Origin: Octopus sinensis | Taxonomy: Eukaryota | Length of the DNA stretch: 64,000 nucleotides | Direction: 5' to 3' | Assembly: GCF_006345805.1 (NCBI RefSeq) | Contig: NC_043005.1 | Location: forward strand, 76,260,001-76,324,000 | Shown here: piece after piece, positions 13,390 to 27,694 of the stretch | Numbering within the stretch: the stretch's first letter is position 1 | How the letters are laid out: each line of letters opens with the position of its first letter | The notes under the pieces: generated by a model | Database searches by the model: none | What the model saw: only the letters and a program-made list of their open reading frames with translations | Told to the model about the DNA's origin: nothing | Made by a program: the position numbers and the translations under genes

Positions 13390-14721
13390 AGCAACTGACC
13401 ACTTAGAATCTTACGTTTATCTGAAGAGATGAAATATCTAATAAAACTTGAAACATTTCCCCTTTCAACTGCTTTTATACTACTGACTTCAGCCAATATA
13501 ATTCACTAAAAGTTTCCATGAATTCTTATATTATGTTAGTCGTACTAATATCTTACCAGATATGATACCCCGATCCACATGGCTCTATAAATACAATCGG
13601 TACGACATCTGTTTTCCGGACACTGAAGATCCGGAACCTCTTATATATAACCCGCACTGATTTACACTAATGTACAGTACCTGTATTTTATTTAATTATT
13701 TTGGTACTTAATTTAGATTGTGCTAACCAAAGTGATCACCTAGTTCCAAAAAAAATCTTTAATCCGGAAAGTCACTGGAAGCAAAGTCTCCAGAAATTCA
13801 ATGTTGTATCTGTATTCGCTTTGCTACATTTTTAACAAGTTAACATTAAAGTCGATATCTAGAAATTCAAACGAACAGAAATACATTAAAATATGCATAT
13901 TTAAACAGACGAATTTCATTAAATTTTCAATCATCTATAAATCAAAATAATTTATTGGTGAAACAGGAACAAAAATACAATGTATGATATACAATGTTGT
14001 CATATAACAGCACACATGATATTTTAGTTAATTTGAAATTATTCTGTCATATATATATTCATAGCAATAATCGATAAGTCACTTCTTGAGTTATTTATAC
14101 GAATACATTTTCAGCCAATGTAATTGAATCGATGTAGTGAACATTTGAACATAATTATTTAAAAGAAATTTTCGTCCAAGGATATCCAATATTACGATCG
14201 TAGCTGCTTCTGAAAACCAATTTATATACAAAATACTCTGCACAATTGCAGGTTCTATTTGCAGATGACATTTCAAAAATATGAAAAACTTATGAAAGCA
14301 TATAACGAGAACCAAAAAATATGTGCTGACGTCGGACAATAATAATAAGCTATAGGAAAATTTATATCACATATTCTAGTAGTTAAAATACCAAAATGAA
14401 CGACGAAGTTCGATTTAAACTCGGTTTGCATCGTAGTTAATAGCTTGAACGACGGTTTCACTGGCTGACAAATTATATAAAAAAAACATTTTTATTGGTG
14501 ACCTTGTAATTCAAAAATGGCTGATGGGGAGATTTTTTTTTTATATAGTGGGCACTTCAGTTTCTTTCGGTTTGGCTTAAAGGTCTAAATTATCAGGAAT
14601 TAGCAAAGCACGATTTAGGGTATTATTTTCTAAATGTAAATAGAAATGGAAGCACATCATTAACTTAAACTTCTTGGAGCATAGCTCCCACACCACAAGA
14701 ATAGAAGTATAATAATGTTAA

Positions 14722-14940
14722 TTAGTTCTAATCTTGACAAAAGGCCAGATATTTTGAGGGGATGAGCAAGTCGATTACATCGAGTCCAGTGCTCAACTAA
14801 TATTTATTTTACCGACCCTAAAATGATGAAAGACGATGTCAACGTCGGGGCCATTTGAATCAGAAAGTAAAGAACCAGCAGAAATGCCACAATGCACGTT
14901 CTTCTGTGCGGTAACGATTTTATCAGCTCGTCGCCTTAAT
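14722..14940 (-). mobile_element. SINE family A, old copy
   Basis: AAGTCGATTACATCGA..CCAGTGCTCAACT and ACGATTTTATCAGCTCGTCGCCTTAA. Confidence 0.65.
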
Positions 14941-15064
14941 ACGAATAGCAATGATGGTAACAATAATAATTCTTTTGTTTGTCACTATATGTCATTTTTC
15001 CACCATGTCATAAAAAATATGATTAAAAAGACATGTGTGAATGTAAAAACATAACCAACACAAA

Positions 15065-15250
15065 CAGGTTGCACTTCTTCGTTGACATTGTTCCTGCTCA
15101 TATCAGACAGTAGCCAGTCGAGTGGAGATGTCAAAGGCTGCTAGTGATGAAAGCCATCTTGTCCTGGGACGTCAACATTCGGCCCAACGACTAATGTCAA
15201 GAAGAAGCTTCCTCAACCATATCCAGCTCTTAACATCATCTCGGAAAGAA
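15065..15250 (-). mobile_element. RTE-clade LINE 3' coding remnant
   Basis: A minus-strand frame contains RPRTRWL, the C-terminal motif also seen at ~33238. Confidence 0.4.
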
Positions 15251-15272
15251 ACCAGATTCCAGCTCTATCTCT

Positions 15273-15368
15273 CTATATATAGTTCGAATTTACAGAAAAC
15301 AAACGACGAAGACAGGCGAGGGAACAACAAGGTGTATTAGTGTGACGCCCGAGAAGAATGGAAAAATC
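15273..15368 (-). repeat. Pseudo-LTR repeat P fragment
   Basis: The reverse complement aligns by eye to 1967-2062. Confidence 0.7.
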
Positions 15369-16380
15369 ATACAGAAATTTACATACAAAGAAACACGTAC
15401 AGATATACTAGTACATACGAACACATAAGTTATTTAAATTTGTTTCTGGATAAATTCCTTAAGAAAGAAGCATTATTTCATCACTTACCACTTTTACATT
15501 TCTTTACTTGACTGGTTTTAACCCACGTCTAAAACCGCCCTTTGTTTTGTAATACTAATATCACTTGCTAATATCTTTCAAGTTTGGCTTGCTATTATTG
15601 TTAGTGTTGCTAATATTTTTGTTTATTGTTTGCAAATTTCTGTCTTCGGCTACGAAATAATGAGTTTTCCCAATCTTAAAATAACTTAAAATTGAGAAAA
15701 TATTTATAATTATAGAAGTCGTGCCCGAGGTTACAGTTACAAAATTGTATTGTGTAGCTTTAATTGAAAACTGATAATCATTGTTGAGGTTTAACGACAG
15801 TCTCAAATGTATTAAAATGCGTGTCTCCATCGTCACTTGACGTGCCAGAAATTGCCGCTAAATATCTTTCAAATCATATCCCATTGTCTTACAGATGGGC
15901 AATGAACTAATTAATAAATGTAGTTGTATATAATATAAACTGTGTCTAAATACAGAATGCTCGTGGCTGGAAAGCCGTCTTTATCTTATTATTTCACAGG
16001 TCTGTCTACTTGGTGTGAGCATTTCTGGCTCCTAAATAAAAACTATAATAGCAACAGCAACAACAGCAACAACGAAAACAACAATAGTCAAAGTGGGATG
16101 TGAAACATCTGACCAATAATCGCGACTTTTTGGCGGCGAGCTGGCAGAATCGTTAGCACACCAGAGTCAATAAGATAAATAACAGTTGAAAAGTTTTCTC
16201 CTACTTCTTTCTTAATTGCAAAGTCTTTGGTCAGATCCTCACTATTATACCATGAACACTTCGAAATTAAATTTCCGACCATATAAACCACTTCGACTAT
16301 TACTTTAGCACGTTTAAAGTGATTTCGATTGTGCTATAAACTATTTACCATTTCAATAGTCCCTCCCTTTTTAGTGTCCT

Positions 16381-16666
16381 AAGTCCGCGCTTCCCTTAAT
16401 GCTCTAAGCCCGTGCTTCCCTTAATGCCCTAAGTCCGTACTTCCTTTAATGCCCTAAAGCCGTGCTTCCCTTAATGCCCTATATCCATAGTCCCTTAATG
16501 CCATAAGTTCGTTCTTCCCTTAATGCCCTAAGCCCGTGCTATCCTTAATGCCCTAAAGCTGTACTTCCCTTAATGCCCTAAGCTCGTGCTTCCTTTAAAA
16601 CTCTAAGCCCGTATTTCCCTTAATGCCGTAAGACCGTGCTTCTCTTAATGTCCTAAGCACGTTCTT
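16381..16666. repeat. 25-bp minisatellite, ~11.5 copies
   Basis: Consensus AAGCCCGTGCTTCCCTTAATGCCCT, counted unit by unit. Confidence 0.95.
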
Positions 16667-17951
16667 ATTTTGCTTAATGTTCTCATGGAAAAAATACGAA
16701 AGATTGAAGTCGTATCTCGAAGTGTGTTTGTTTCATATCCACTTCACGTAATGGAGCTGGACATATACAGACTCATAGGAAACTGTGGAGATCCTTAGAT
16801 AGTGTATAAAGTAGTACTCAAATATCTTGCTGCGAAACAATCCCATGTCTTTGATCAAACAGACCCCTGACCACCAAGGTGAAAAGATTTACCCATTCAA
16901 TAATTACATTTCAATATCAAAGCTTTGTTTAAGGTTATGTGACGTTGGCGTTTCATTAACAAAGACAATATTACCTTAATATAATAATAAACAGTGAAGT
17001 TCGTTCAACAGTTTCACTAATTGAAAGCGTCTGTTATAGCACGTTGTGCGCACGCGCATGTACGTGTGTGATCTTTTGTGTTCAGACTTTAGATTTAATT
17101 ACATCATTAATCAAACATCAAAAAAATGTAATTTTTCTTTAACATCAAAGACTGAAAATAATAATTGAATTTCAGTTGGAAAAAAGCAAACAACAAAAGG
17201 AAAAAGCAAAAATATGACTGGAGGCTATTTTCAATGTTTCTTTTCGTTTGTTCTCAAGAATCCATTTTACCGAGCGTCACTGCTGCACCAGGAATTCAAC
17301 TCAAGAAGAGATATTGTATTTACATGGCCTTCAATTTGGCTTATTTATAGGAAGGTCGGAAGAAGAGAGGACGAACACTGAACTCCAGAAATAGCAACAT
17401 GATTGAAATGAAAAACAGTTCCGATTAGGAATTGATACTGATGTGCAGGTATACCTCAGTTCACGTCATTTCGAGTTACGTCTTTTTTTTTGACTTCACA
17501 CTATTTTTTTTTTGTTTGAAGTGAATTCATGGAAAAATACACCTCAACTTCCGTCGATTTATGCGACTTTATGTCGGTCTCAGGAAGCATATTTAATAGA
17601 CACCAGAATAGCAAAACTGAAGTGAAAGATCAAATAAAAGACGTATAAAAATATGTACAAACAATTTATCAAAACAAATATGAATCAATAAATTAAAATA
17701 AAATTCATGTTATGTCGTTTTTCAAGTTTAGTCGTGTGTCTTGGAGTCAATTACCGACTTGAGGCATTCCTGTATTGTTATTGGGATCAACGAGTGATGC
17801 ACTATGTAAATGGTAAGTTCCCATTGAGCTGGTTTCTCGACGTTTGAAGTCAATTAATTTTATATCATTTATGACCTTATCTATTTGCTCTCGAGAATTG
17901 CACACGGGTCACCTAATGACAAAAGTTTATGCACGTATATAAACTATTATC

Positions 17952-18183
17952 TCTTTCTTTACTACCCACTAGGGGCTAAACACAGAGAGGACAAACAATG
18001 ACAGACAAACAGGTTAAGTCGATTATATCGACCCCAGTACGTAGCTGGTACTTATTTAATCGACCCCGAAAGGATGAAAGGCAAAGTCGACCTCGGCGGA
18101 ATTTGAACTCAGAACGTAGCGGCAGACGAAATACCGATAAGCATTTCGCCCGGCGTGCTAACGATTCTGCCAGCTCGCCGCCT
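17952..18183 (-). mobile_element. SINE family A monomer (type Y tail) with TSD
   Basis: Complete head; ACTACCCAC tail; 16-bp TSD TATATAAACTATTATC at 17936-17951 and 18184-18199. Confidence 0.92.
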
Positions 18184-18325
18184 TATATAAACTATTATCA
18201 TCTCTCTATTACTATATGTGCAAAAATCGGAAGAGAACATAAATTAAGTGTTAGAGCTCGAAGCACCCTGTAATACTTTTTATTATAGTTTCACTTCACT
18301 AATGTTGAAATGGAAAAAAGCAATA

Positions 18326-18370
<45 letters not shown>

Positions 18371-19000
18371 GTATGTATGTATGTATGTATGTATGTATGT
18401 ATGTATTGATAGACATTGTAAGACAATAAAAGAATGAAAGAGACCTCTATATTACGTTAATAGAGGAATTTATCGGTAAATATAATGTGACAATTATGGC
18501 TACTGAATAATTGTCACATATTGTATTTACAGATATATATATATATGTATGTATATATAACGCTATTTAACGCCTTCAACCCTCTATATTATTGTTTTTG
18601 TTATTGTCAATTATTTATATTTATTGCAGATAATAATAACAATAATGATATCTATGTAAGTTTTCGCATTTGAATATTGAGTCCCTATTAATATATTAAC
18701 ACTGAAGCTATTCAGATTTTGGCGCAAAACAATTCAGACTTCAACGTGACGAATTGAATTTTTTCCCTTGGTAAAACTTACTGAGGAGAGTTAAGGCTTT
18801 TTCGCCAGAACTCAGAATCATGATACAAATGTATCCAAATGCCAGACTATATAGTATTTAGCTATGATGGTATGCCTAAATTCTTTACCCGTTCGCCCGA
18901 CTACTGTTGTTTGCTGTTGTTTTTTCAGTGTTATTCATGGTTTATCTAGGGGTTTTAACTCCACCTCCTAGCAGGTAGTCACCTCAAGTGCCGTTATGAT

Positions 19001-19043
<43 letters not shown>

Positions 19044-19189
19044 GGTATGATGGGATGGAGGCTTGGGTCAATGTTGTTGGTAGCATGACTGGATCCATTG
19101 CTGTAGAAATAGTGTCAAGTAAGGTGACATCCTTGCCCCAACTCTCTTTTCTTTATACTTTGCTGCTGCTTTTACTTATGCTTTTTGCT

Positions 19190-19335
19190 AAGGTTAGCTC
19201 TCTAGGAATAAATGTCGGGTATCGATCTTCTGGCCGCCTCTTCAATCTGCACCGATTTGCTGCCAATTCAAAAGTTGTCCAGTCTCTTATTTGTGACCTC
19301 CTTTATACACATGACTGTGACTTAGTCATCCGCCC
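19190..19335 (+). mobile_element. RTE-clade RT fragment
   Basis: [35 protein letters not shown] resembles the RTE G.Y.RYR..G.LFNL.R..LLFADDCAL region. Confidence 0.7.
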
Positions 19336-19415
<80 letters not shown>

Positions 19416-19443
19416 ATATGTATATATGTATATATATATATAG

Positions 19444-19474
<31 letters not shown>

Positions 19475-19496
19475 ATATATATTATGTATATATGTA

Positions 19497-19575
<79 letters not shown>

Positions 19576-20956
19576 TGCATCTAACTTAAGTACCATATTC
19601 ATTTGAATCTAAATTTTGCTGAACATACATATATATATATTGTATGTATGTATGTATGTATGTGTGTGTGTATGTATATGTGTTTACATATATATATGCA
19701 TATGTACACACACATATATATATGCGTGTATATATGTATAAATACATATAGATAAAAGAAATTTGATAGGTTGTTAGAAAGAATCATACATCTCTCTCTC
19801 TCCTTCCATGTATATATATATATATATATATATGCATGTATATATACATACACGCGCACACACACACACACATATATATATGTATGTATGTATATAATAT
19901 ATTCAGTGACATATATTGAAGAGAAAGCTTTTTCAGCACGATCGTGTAACGTGATCAAAGCCGTGTGTTTTTTGGTGCAGAACATAAGTATCCTGATCTA
20001 AAGTTGAGAGTAAAAGTAAAAAAAAAAAAGAAAGCAAAAAAAAAAGAGAACAAAAACACCATACCATCACGAACAAAAGGAAAAAAAGAACGGAAAACAA
20101 AACAAAAAAATACATTAGGCAAGATAGACAATGGCTATTTGGTTTTAAACAAAGAATGAAACGTATTTTATTGTACTAAAAGCCACACGAGATCATATAT
20201 ATATATATTATAATATATACTAAGAAAAAGTGTTCGTATATTACAGTTATATATCTACAAGCACGAAATATAAATAGTGAATAAATAAAAGAAAAACAAG
20301 AAACTACAGCCTCAAGACAGTACTTCGACATCGGAAGGTAAATAAGATACGAAGAATTTCGGTGCTAAGTGAATTATTGATGCTAGTTTCTCTTTCAAAC
20401 CTCATAATGATCCTACAGTTTTATTTACACAACCCCACCGCTTTATAGCCCTTCTTTCTTCCTTTCTTCCTTTCTTTCTTCCTTTCTTCTTTTCTTTCTT
20501 TCTTTTCCTTATTCCTTTGTTGTCTTGTATTTTTTTCTTTCTTTCTATAAATCCTATTTCTATCAGTAGGCCAGTAGTGATAAGAACACGAGTCGGCTCT
20601 CAGCACCTTTTGTCGACCACTCACACACAAACAAAGCAAAAAAATCAACAAAGCCAGAAGATGAAAATAAACGATAAGGAGGCTCTCGTGTCTGCGAAAG
20701 GAGAGTCTGTTAGCCAGAATGACGAGAATAGTGCATGGAACACACACACACACACACACACACATGCACACGCACATACGGGCACTCATACATGCATGAA
20801 CTTACGAAACGAACATTCATGGTTTCAGGACGCAACTTTCGAGTGCTCTGGAACTCATCACGAATGATGTTCCTGGAGTGTGTGTGTGTGTGGGGGGGGC
20901 ATGTGTGTATGCGTGTATGTGTGCATGCATTTTTGTATGTGTGTATGAATTGAATG

Positions 20957-21055
<99 letters not shown>

Positions 21056-21324
21056 ATATATATATATATATACAAATATATATATATGTATATGTATATA
21101 TATGTGTGTGTGTGTGTATACATATATACATATCTATGTATAAATATGTATATATATATGTATATATATAATATATATATGTATGTATATCTATACATAG
21201 ATATGTATATATATATATCTATATATCTATATATATATCTATATATATATCTATATATCTCTATATATCTATATATCTATATCTATCTATCTATCTATCT
21301 ATCTATCTACTATCTATCTATCTC

Positions 21325-21357
<33 letters not shown>

Positions 21358-23012
21358 ATAACTGCTATTGATCTGGTCGCACAAGTATCAGCACTTTCTT
21401 GCACTCTTGTAAGTACTTCTTCAACTGTACTCTTGGTTCCAGATACACAGCCTACTCCTACCGATCAATTAAGAGAAATGCACGAATGTGATTGGGATTT
21501 GCAATAATTCTTTGATAATTCCAAGACCATGGAACACAAATAAATGTATAATAGACCTCCAGGTTCTTAATGCATCTACTACAAATAACTGCCTGATTAG
21601 ACTCAAAGAATATCATCCTGGTTAAATAAAGATAATATGATCATACATATCCCATAGCAAAAAAAAAAAAAAAATTAGATAAAATATAATAATATAAAAA
21701 ACAGAAGTGCCATAGCTGAGCAGCTTTGGTTTGTAATGAGACAATTGGGTGCCGCTGTTTGGGCGCTGGTGATTTTGCACGGCCTTCTGGGCATTTAACT
21801 TGTTTTGACAACAGTTCGTTTTTGCGTTGGAGGGGAACACACACATGTGCATGTACACAGAAATATACACATACATATAGAGAGTGAGAGAGAACGAGAG
21901 AAAAATATTACACAAACATAACTATATGTTTACACATAAATAGAGAGAAAGGGAGAGAGAGAGAGAGAGAGAAACAGAGAGGGGATGTGTGATAAAGAGA
22001 AAGGGAAAGACGGAGAGAAAGGGAAAAGAGAACGAGAGTCGTTTTAAAAGGAGAGAAACATTGAAATGAGTGGAACGTTAAAGCGTCTGATGTCAAAAAG
22101 TCAGCATCGAATCAACGACGCCTTATAGGCGGCGGCAAAACAGCTGTGCCGAAACGCCTCATACACATTTTAGTTTCAAGCATCACAGATTTGGTCACTC
22201 TGTCAGATAGAAATAGCAACCGAGTCTCCCTAAAATTACACAGCACGTAAATCTTAAGTAAATAAATGACACATTAAAACATGCTGTTCTAGCGAATTTT
22301 AAAATATCTGGGTGGCTACATCTCGAATGTCTTTTATCTTTTGCTCGATAAGGAACTAAACTATAATTAAAAATAGGAGGTGAAATAGAAAGAACAAATA
22401 TAATAACTTGGATGAAAGAAAACTTGTTTAATACTGTAAACGTAACCCGAAGGGTTAATTTCTGCCACGTTTGGAACTGAAGATTAATCTATACAGTAGC
22501 GTATTGGATTTCACTGGAAGCTTTAGATAAAGGTCCCATCGTGGCATAAAACTTCAGTATTTAGTTAGAACTCGAATCTCTTGAGTGCAAATTCAGAAGT
22601 AAAGTTTTCTAGTTTCATGAAATTTGTTTATAGTGGAAGGGAAATGCTCTTAGCGAATATATCGATTTATCTGAAATGAAAAAAAAAATAAATGTAAAAG
22701 ATGCAACACAATGCTTGCTGATATGTAGAGGAATAAACAATGATTTAATACTGTGCTAGAAGGCTGTAGGGAGAAAGTGTATGGTTGATTGAATCGATGT
22801 CAGTATGTGAATGGAACCTGTTTAATAGATTCTGGAGAAAAGGAAGGGAATATCAAACGCTGAGGGATTTAAATTTCGTAGCGTATAGAACAGAGACTAA
22901 ATACTCGAAGCCATTTAACCCAGCGCCTTTTCGTTATGTTTGTTCACTTCACCGCCATTCTATTGGAGGTAAATGAAGACCTGGTGAGAAAATTTCTCAA
23001 CAATTACACAAT

Positions 23013-23164
23013 CTCTGTGAGGTAAGAAGTTTGCTCCCCAACCACATGGTTCTGGGTTCAGTCCCACTGCGTGACATATTGGATGAGTGTCTTCTGCTAT
23101 AGGCTCGGGCCGACCAAAGCCTTGTGAGAGGATTGGGTAGACGGAAAAGGAAAGAAGCCCGTCG
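23013..23164 (+). mobile_element. SINE family D head
   Basis: GGTTCAGTCCCACTGCG..GGGCCGACCAAAGCCTTGTGAG..GAAGCCCGTCG followed by (TA)n. Confidence 0.85.
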
Positions 23165-23211
<47 letters not shown>

Positions 23212-23218
23212 TATATAG

Positions 23219-23428
23219 TCTTTTACTCTTTTACTTGTTTCAGTCATTTTAATTGCGGCCATGCTGAAGCACCCGCCTTTAGTCGAGCAAATCGACCCCA
23301 GGACTTATTCTTTGTAAGCTAGTCTCTTTTGACGAACCGCTAAGTTACGGGGATGTAAACACACCAGCATCGGTTGTCAAGCGATGTTGGCGATACACAC
23401 ACACACACAAACATATACGCACACATAC

Positions 23429-23465
<37 letters not shown>

Positions 23466-23628
23466 TATACGACGGGCTTCTTTCAGTTTCCGTCTACCAA
23501 ATCTACTCACAAAGCTTTGGTCGGCCCGATGCTATAGCAGAAACTCTGCCAAGGTGCGACGCAGTGGACTGAACCCGGAACCATATTGTTGGTAAGTTAG
23601 CTACTTACCACATAGCCACTCCTGTGCC
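23219..23628 (-). mobile_element. SINE family D, full length with internal microsatellite
   Basis: The reverse complement matches 43762-44200 along head, microsatellite and (AAAAGAGT) tail. Confidence 0.88.
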
Positions 23629-23645
23629 TATATATATATATATAC

Positions 23646-23693
<48 letters not shown>

Positions 23694-23714
23694 GATATAT
23701 AATATATATATATA

Positions 23715-23747
<33 letters not shown>

Positions 23748-24220
23748 TATATATATATATATACCCATATATATTTATATACATACACAGACACACCATA
23801 TACGATCACGTGCGTGTGTGCAAAGCATATTCAGACGTTGCTAACGGATCGTTTGATTACCACCAAAAGTCTCGTTTATTGACCATTGACTGCGAACAGA
23901 TATATCACATAACCGTAATGTATCTTAGGCAAAAAATCTGAGAACCAGGAATTGAAGCTGCATCGCTAAAAAACATAGAAATATATACGTCTATTCATTC
24001 ATTCATTCATTCATTCATCCATTCATTCATATTCATGGATACATACATACATACATACATACATACATACATACATACATACACACACACATACATACAT
24101 GCATGCATATCTTTAGTCAACTTATTCTGTTTTCGATTAATGTATGCACGTATCTATGTTTGTTCTTTCCCTGGTTGCCAGTTATACTCAATTTGGCTGT
24201 TTGTTGGCATGTAAGTCGGT

Positions 24221-24262
<42 letters not shown>

Positions 24263-24988
24263 GTGGGACGAGTCGGTTTATCAGCTGAGTCTATCGTCAA
24301 TATTGTCACGCCTCCTTCCTTCAAACGGGAAGGAAGATCTATTTTCATCATCCTTGTGGCTATGGCGAAAGAATGTATCTGGTGGACGCGTCTAAAAGGA
24401 TTGGAGACAAATACTTTCCTCTCTGGCCAATCTCTCATAAACTTCTTCAAGTACCACTTGAAAAGGAAAGTGAGAGTAGAGAGGCAAGTTTTGTCTAGCG
24501 AATGTTTTAAAAAAAGATGGGTGAATGTAGTAATGATGGCACGTATGAATGACGAAGCCACCTTGAGCATAATCCTATGAACCCAGAAATTGCAAACAAA
24601 TGTGGTAACATATAACAATATTGATCAAGGTTACCGTGGTCTTTTTCGTAGGCTTTTCTTCCCACGGATAAACCTTACTTGCTTTCCCCTTTACACCATA
24701 CATCATAACACTGTGATACACGATCCCTATTGATCGTTTTTTTCCCTCCCCCCTTTTTTCTTCTTTCATTTCCCTTTTCTTTTGTTCCTTTTCCTTTTTT
24801 TCTTTTTTTAATATTTTTTGTTCTTTTTTTCCCTTTTACGATACCTTTTAATCGAAAACCTACGCCACCTTTTTTTTGTTTCCTTTGTTTTTTGTTTTTT
24901 TCATCCCCCAAAAGAAAAGCTCTACCTTGTAACTTGTTCCATCTGTGTGCAGCCCTGTGTGGCCAATAAAGAAACTTATCTATCTATC
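24263..24988 (+). mobile_element. L1/Tx1-clade LINE copy 1, heavily 5'-truncated
   Basis: Encodes the same C-terminus (VGLSAESIVNIVTPPSFKREGR..ATLSIIL) as 29791-30279; 3' UTR ends AATAAAGAAACT(TATC)n; preceded by (TATC)n. Confidence 0.92.
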
Positions 24989-25390
24989 GACTGGCTGTTG
25001 TCATGTTGTCTCCCGTAAGCTTAAAAAATTCATGTTTATGTATGTGTATTTGCAAATTTTGGTGAAAAAAGATAATTAGCAACACCTGCTTTGGCCTGAG
25101 CGCGTCTTTCGCTCGAAAATTCGCTCTTCAAGGGTGAATTTTCGGATTTAAAAATTTTATCAAAATTTTTTTTCCTATCTGTCTAAAAAAATGGATTGTT
25201 TTTGTGAAGCTGGTAGCGTTTCTGCGTGCTAATCGGTGACTGACTTCCCTCCATTGCCGACAACTACGAGGAAGAAAGAAAATATAGATTCACTTTCGCA
25301 CACACACACATACACACACAAACACACACAGACACACACACGCACACGCACACGCACGCACATACACAATTGAACAACCACGACAACACA

Positions 25391-25810
25391 TATTTATTTC
25401 TTTATTGCCCACAGGAGCCTAAACATAGAGGGGACAAACAAAGACAAACAAATGGTTTAAGTCGATTACATCGAGCCCAGTGCGTAACTGGTACTTATTT
25501 AATCGACCTCAAAAGAATGAAAGGCAAAGTCGATCTCGGCGGAGTTTGAACTCAGAACGTAACAGCAGACGAAATACCTATTTCTTTACTACCCACAAGG
25601 GGGTAAACACAGAGAGGACAAAGAAGGACAGACGAACGGATTAAGTCGATTATATCGACCCCAGTGCGAAACTGGTACTTATTTAATCGACCCCGAAAGG
25701 ATAAAAGGCAAAGTTGACCTCAGCGGAATTTGAACTCAGAACGTAGCGGCAGACGAAATACCGCTAAGCACTTGCCCGGCGTGCTAACAATTCTGCCAAC
25801 TCGCCGCTCT
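25391..25810 (-). mobile_element. Full-length dimeric SINE family A
   Basis: Two units, junction at 25578/25579; single 10-bp TSD CGACAACACA at 25381-25390 and 25811-25820. Confidence 0.92.
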
Positions 25811-26295
25811 CGACAACACACATTGACGCAAGCGTTCCTTCCGAACGAATGGGAAGGAAAAGCAGAGAAAATGAATGCATGCCTAAGACAATGAACGTTG
25901 CCACTACCACTGTCATCTTCCACTGCCACCCCCACCTCCACCACTAACATGAACAAACAATTTTGCTTCTGTTTTGAGGCAAAGAAGGTGCCTGGTTTCT
26001 TTTTCAGCGAAAGAAATATTAGCATACAAATCAATATTATGCAAAGAAGAAAGAACGATAAAATTAAATTCGCCAAAAGACATTTTACAGGACATTTAAA
26101 AACAAATTATAATTTACAAAACTCTAAGCGTAAAAACAAAAAGGCTAGAACACGTCACTCAACAAACGGTAGAAAAATGTTTTCAAAAAACATATTAGAA
26201 GGAGTAAAAGATTTCTCACTGACGAAGTAAGGTTCGACACAGAAGAACATACAAAAGAACTTTCAACAAAGACACTTGAATGCGAGAAAATCATA

Positions 26296-27694
26296 ATGAT
26301 TCCTACTTACCTTGGTTGTAGTGTGGTGAAGGTAAGAATAAAAGATGTGCCCACTGAGATGGAAACACGATGGCTGGTGTCAACCATCTGCTATAATTTC
26401 GAAGAGGTAAGCAACATCTTAGAAATTGCTGTCCTGAAGCAGCAAAAATTATTTGGACTAGGGGTTGAAGTCTTAATTCAAGCGAATCAAGAGACAATTG
26501 AATCAGTCCCAGATCTTGTAAATCTGCCAGATGGCACCAACTTACACGTGGCTGCTGAAAGTAGAACGCCACGCTGCCACCTTTGTCATAGCGAAAACTA
26601 TCTCAAGATCGACTGGGTGTATGAGGCCTTTCAGCAGCACTTTGCCCGACTGCTCGGGACAACTGGTGGGTCGGAACGCAGGATAGACTTTAGTGCCTAC
26701 CAGCGTAGCCTGCCACGACTATCGGCAAGAGAGGCGGAGTGTTGTGAAAATCCCATTACAACCGCTTGATATAATGCGATGGCAAACTGCGCGAGAGACA
26801 AGTCACCGGGCTTGGATGATCGGCTCTATGAGCTTTATTTTCATATGCCAGACTTGTTTGGAGATCTCTTGGCAACAATCTACTGCAACTGGCAGCAAAA
26901 TGGGAGTATCCTCAGTTTTGTGAGCCAAGGAGCAGTGACACTGCTAAAGAAAGACCCAAATAAGGGGAGCATTACAGATAATTTCAGGCCCATCACTCTG
27001 CTCAATGCAGACTGGAAAATTTGGGCCAAATGCTAGCCGAAAGGTTACCGCTTGTCATCGAGAAACTGGTCGACAAGGCGCAAACATGCGCCGTGCCGGG
27101 CAGAACTATCCATGACAACCTCCACCCCATGCGCTACATCATAGACATGGTAGTTAAGGAATCTGGCATGGGTGGGGCGCTGACCAATTCGATCAACCAA
27201 AAGCCACCTTCCTTTAACAGGGAAGGCAAGGCAGTTTTCATTCTACTGGTTGCTATGGCGAAAGATTGTGTATGGTGGACTCATTTGAAAGTCTTAGAGA
27301 CAAATGCTTTCGTCTCTGGGCAACCTCTCATCAACTTTTCAAGTATCAATTGAAAAGAAAACTAAGAGTAGAGAGGGAAGTTTTATCTAATGAAAGTTAT
27401 AATAACAAAGATGGAACGCATGAATGACGGAACCACTTTGAGCTTGAATCTATAAAACAAAAAGTGAGAGGGTATTTTGGTCTTAATTTGCTTTCCCTTT
27501 TTGCGAGGTTACCATGGTGTTTTTTCGTAGGTTTTTCTCTCCGCGGATAACTCTAGTCAGTGTTATATTTTCTCCCCCTTTTGGGAATTTAAATTGTTAA
27601 AAACGACACCTTGTTATCTTCTTGTGTACACAACCCAAAAATTCTACATTATATTGCCCTCTCTGTGTTCGGCCCTGCATAGCTAAATCAATCA

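Noticed and set aside
14091-14461. Minus-strand hydrophobic frames, possible membrane-protein pseudo-exon
   Set aside because: Several stops and no motif I can name; would need BLASTX.
20375-20412. Hammerhead-like remnant on the minus strand (TATGAG..GAAACTAG)
   Set aside because: Core broken and no stem I pairing.
20421-20789. ORF with hydrophobic stretch LLIVYFHLLALLIFLLCLC
   Set aside because: Starts in (GT)n and ends in (GAAA)n; no recognisable domain or clear splice sites.
25720-26076. 118-aa ORF with a signal-anchor-like N-terminus
   Set aside because: TTG start, hydrophobicity explained by T-rich sequence, and the 3' end runs into a SINE.
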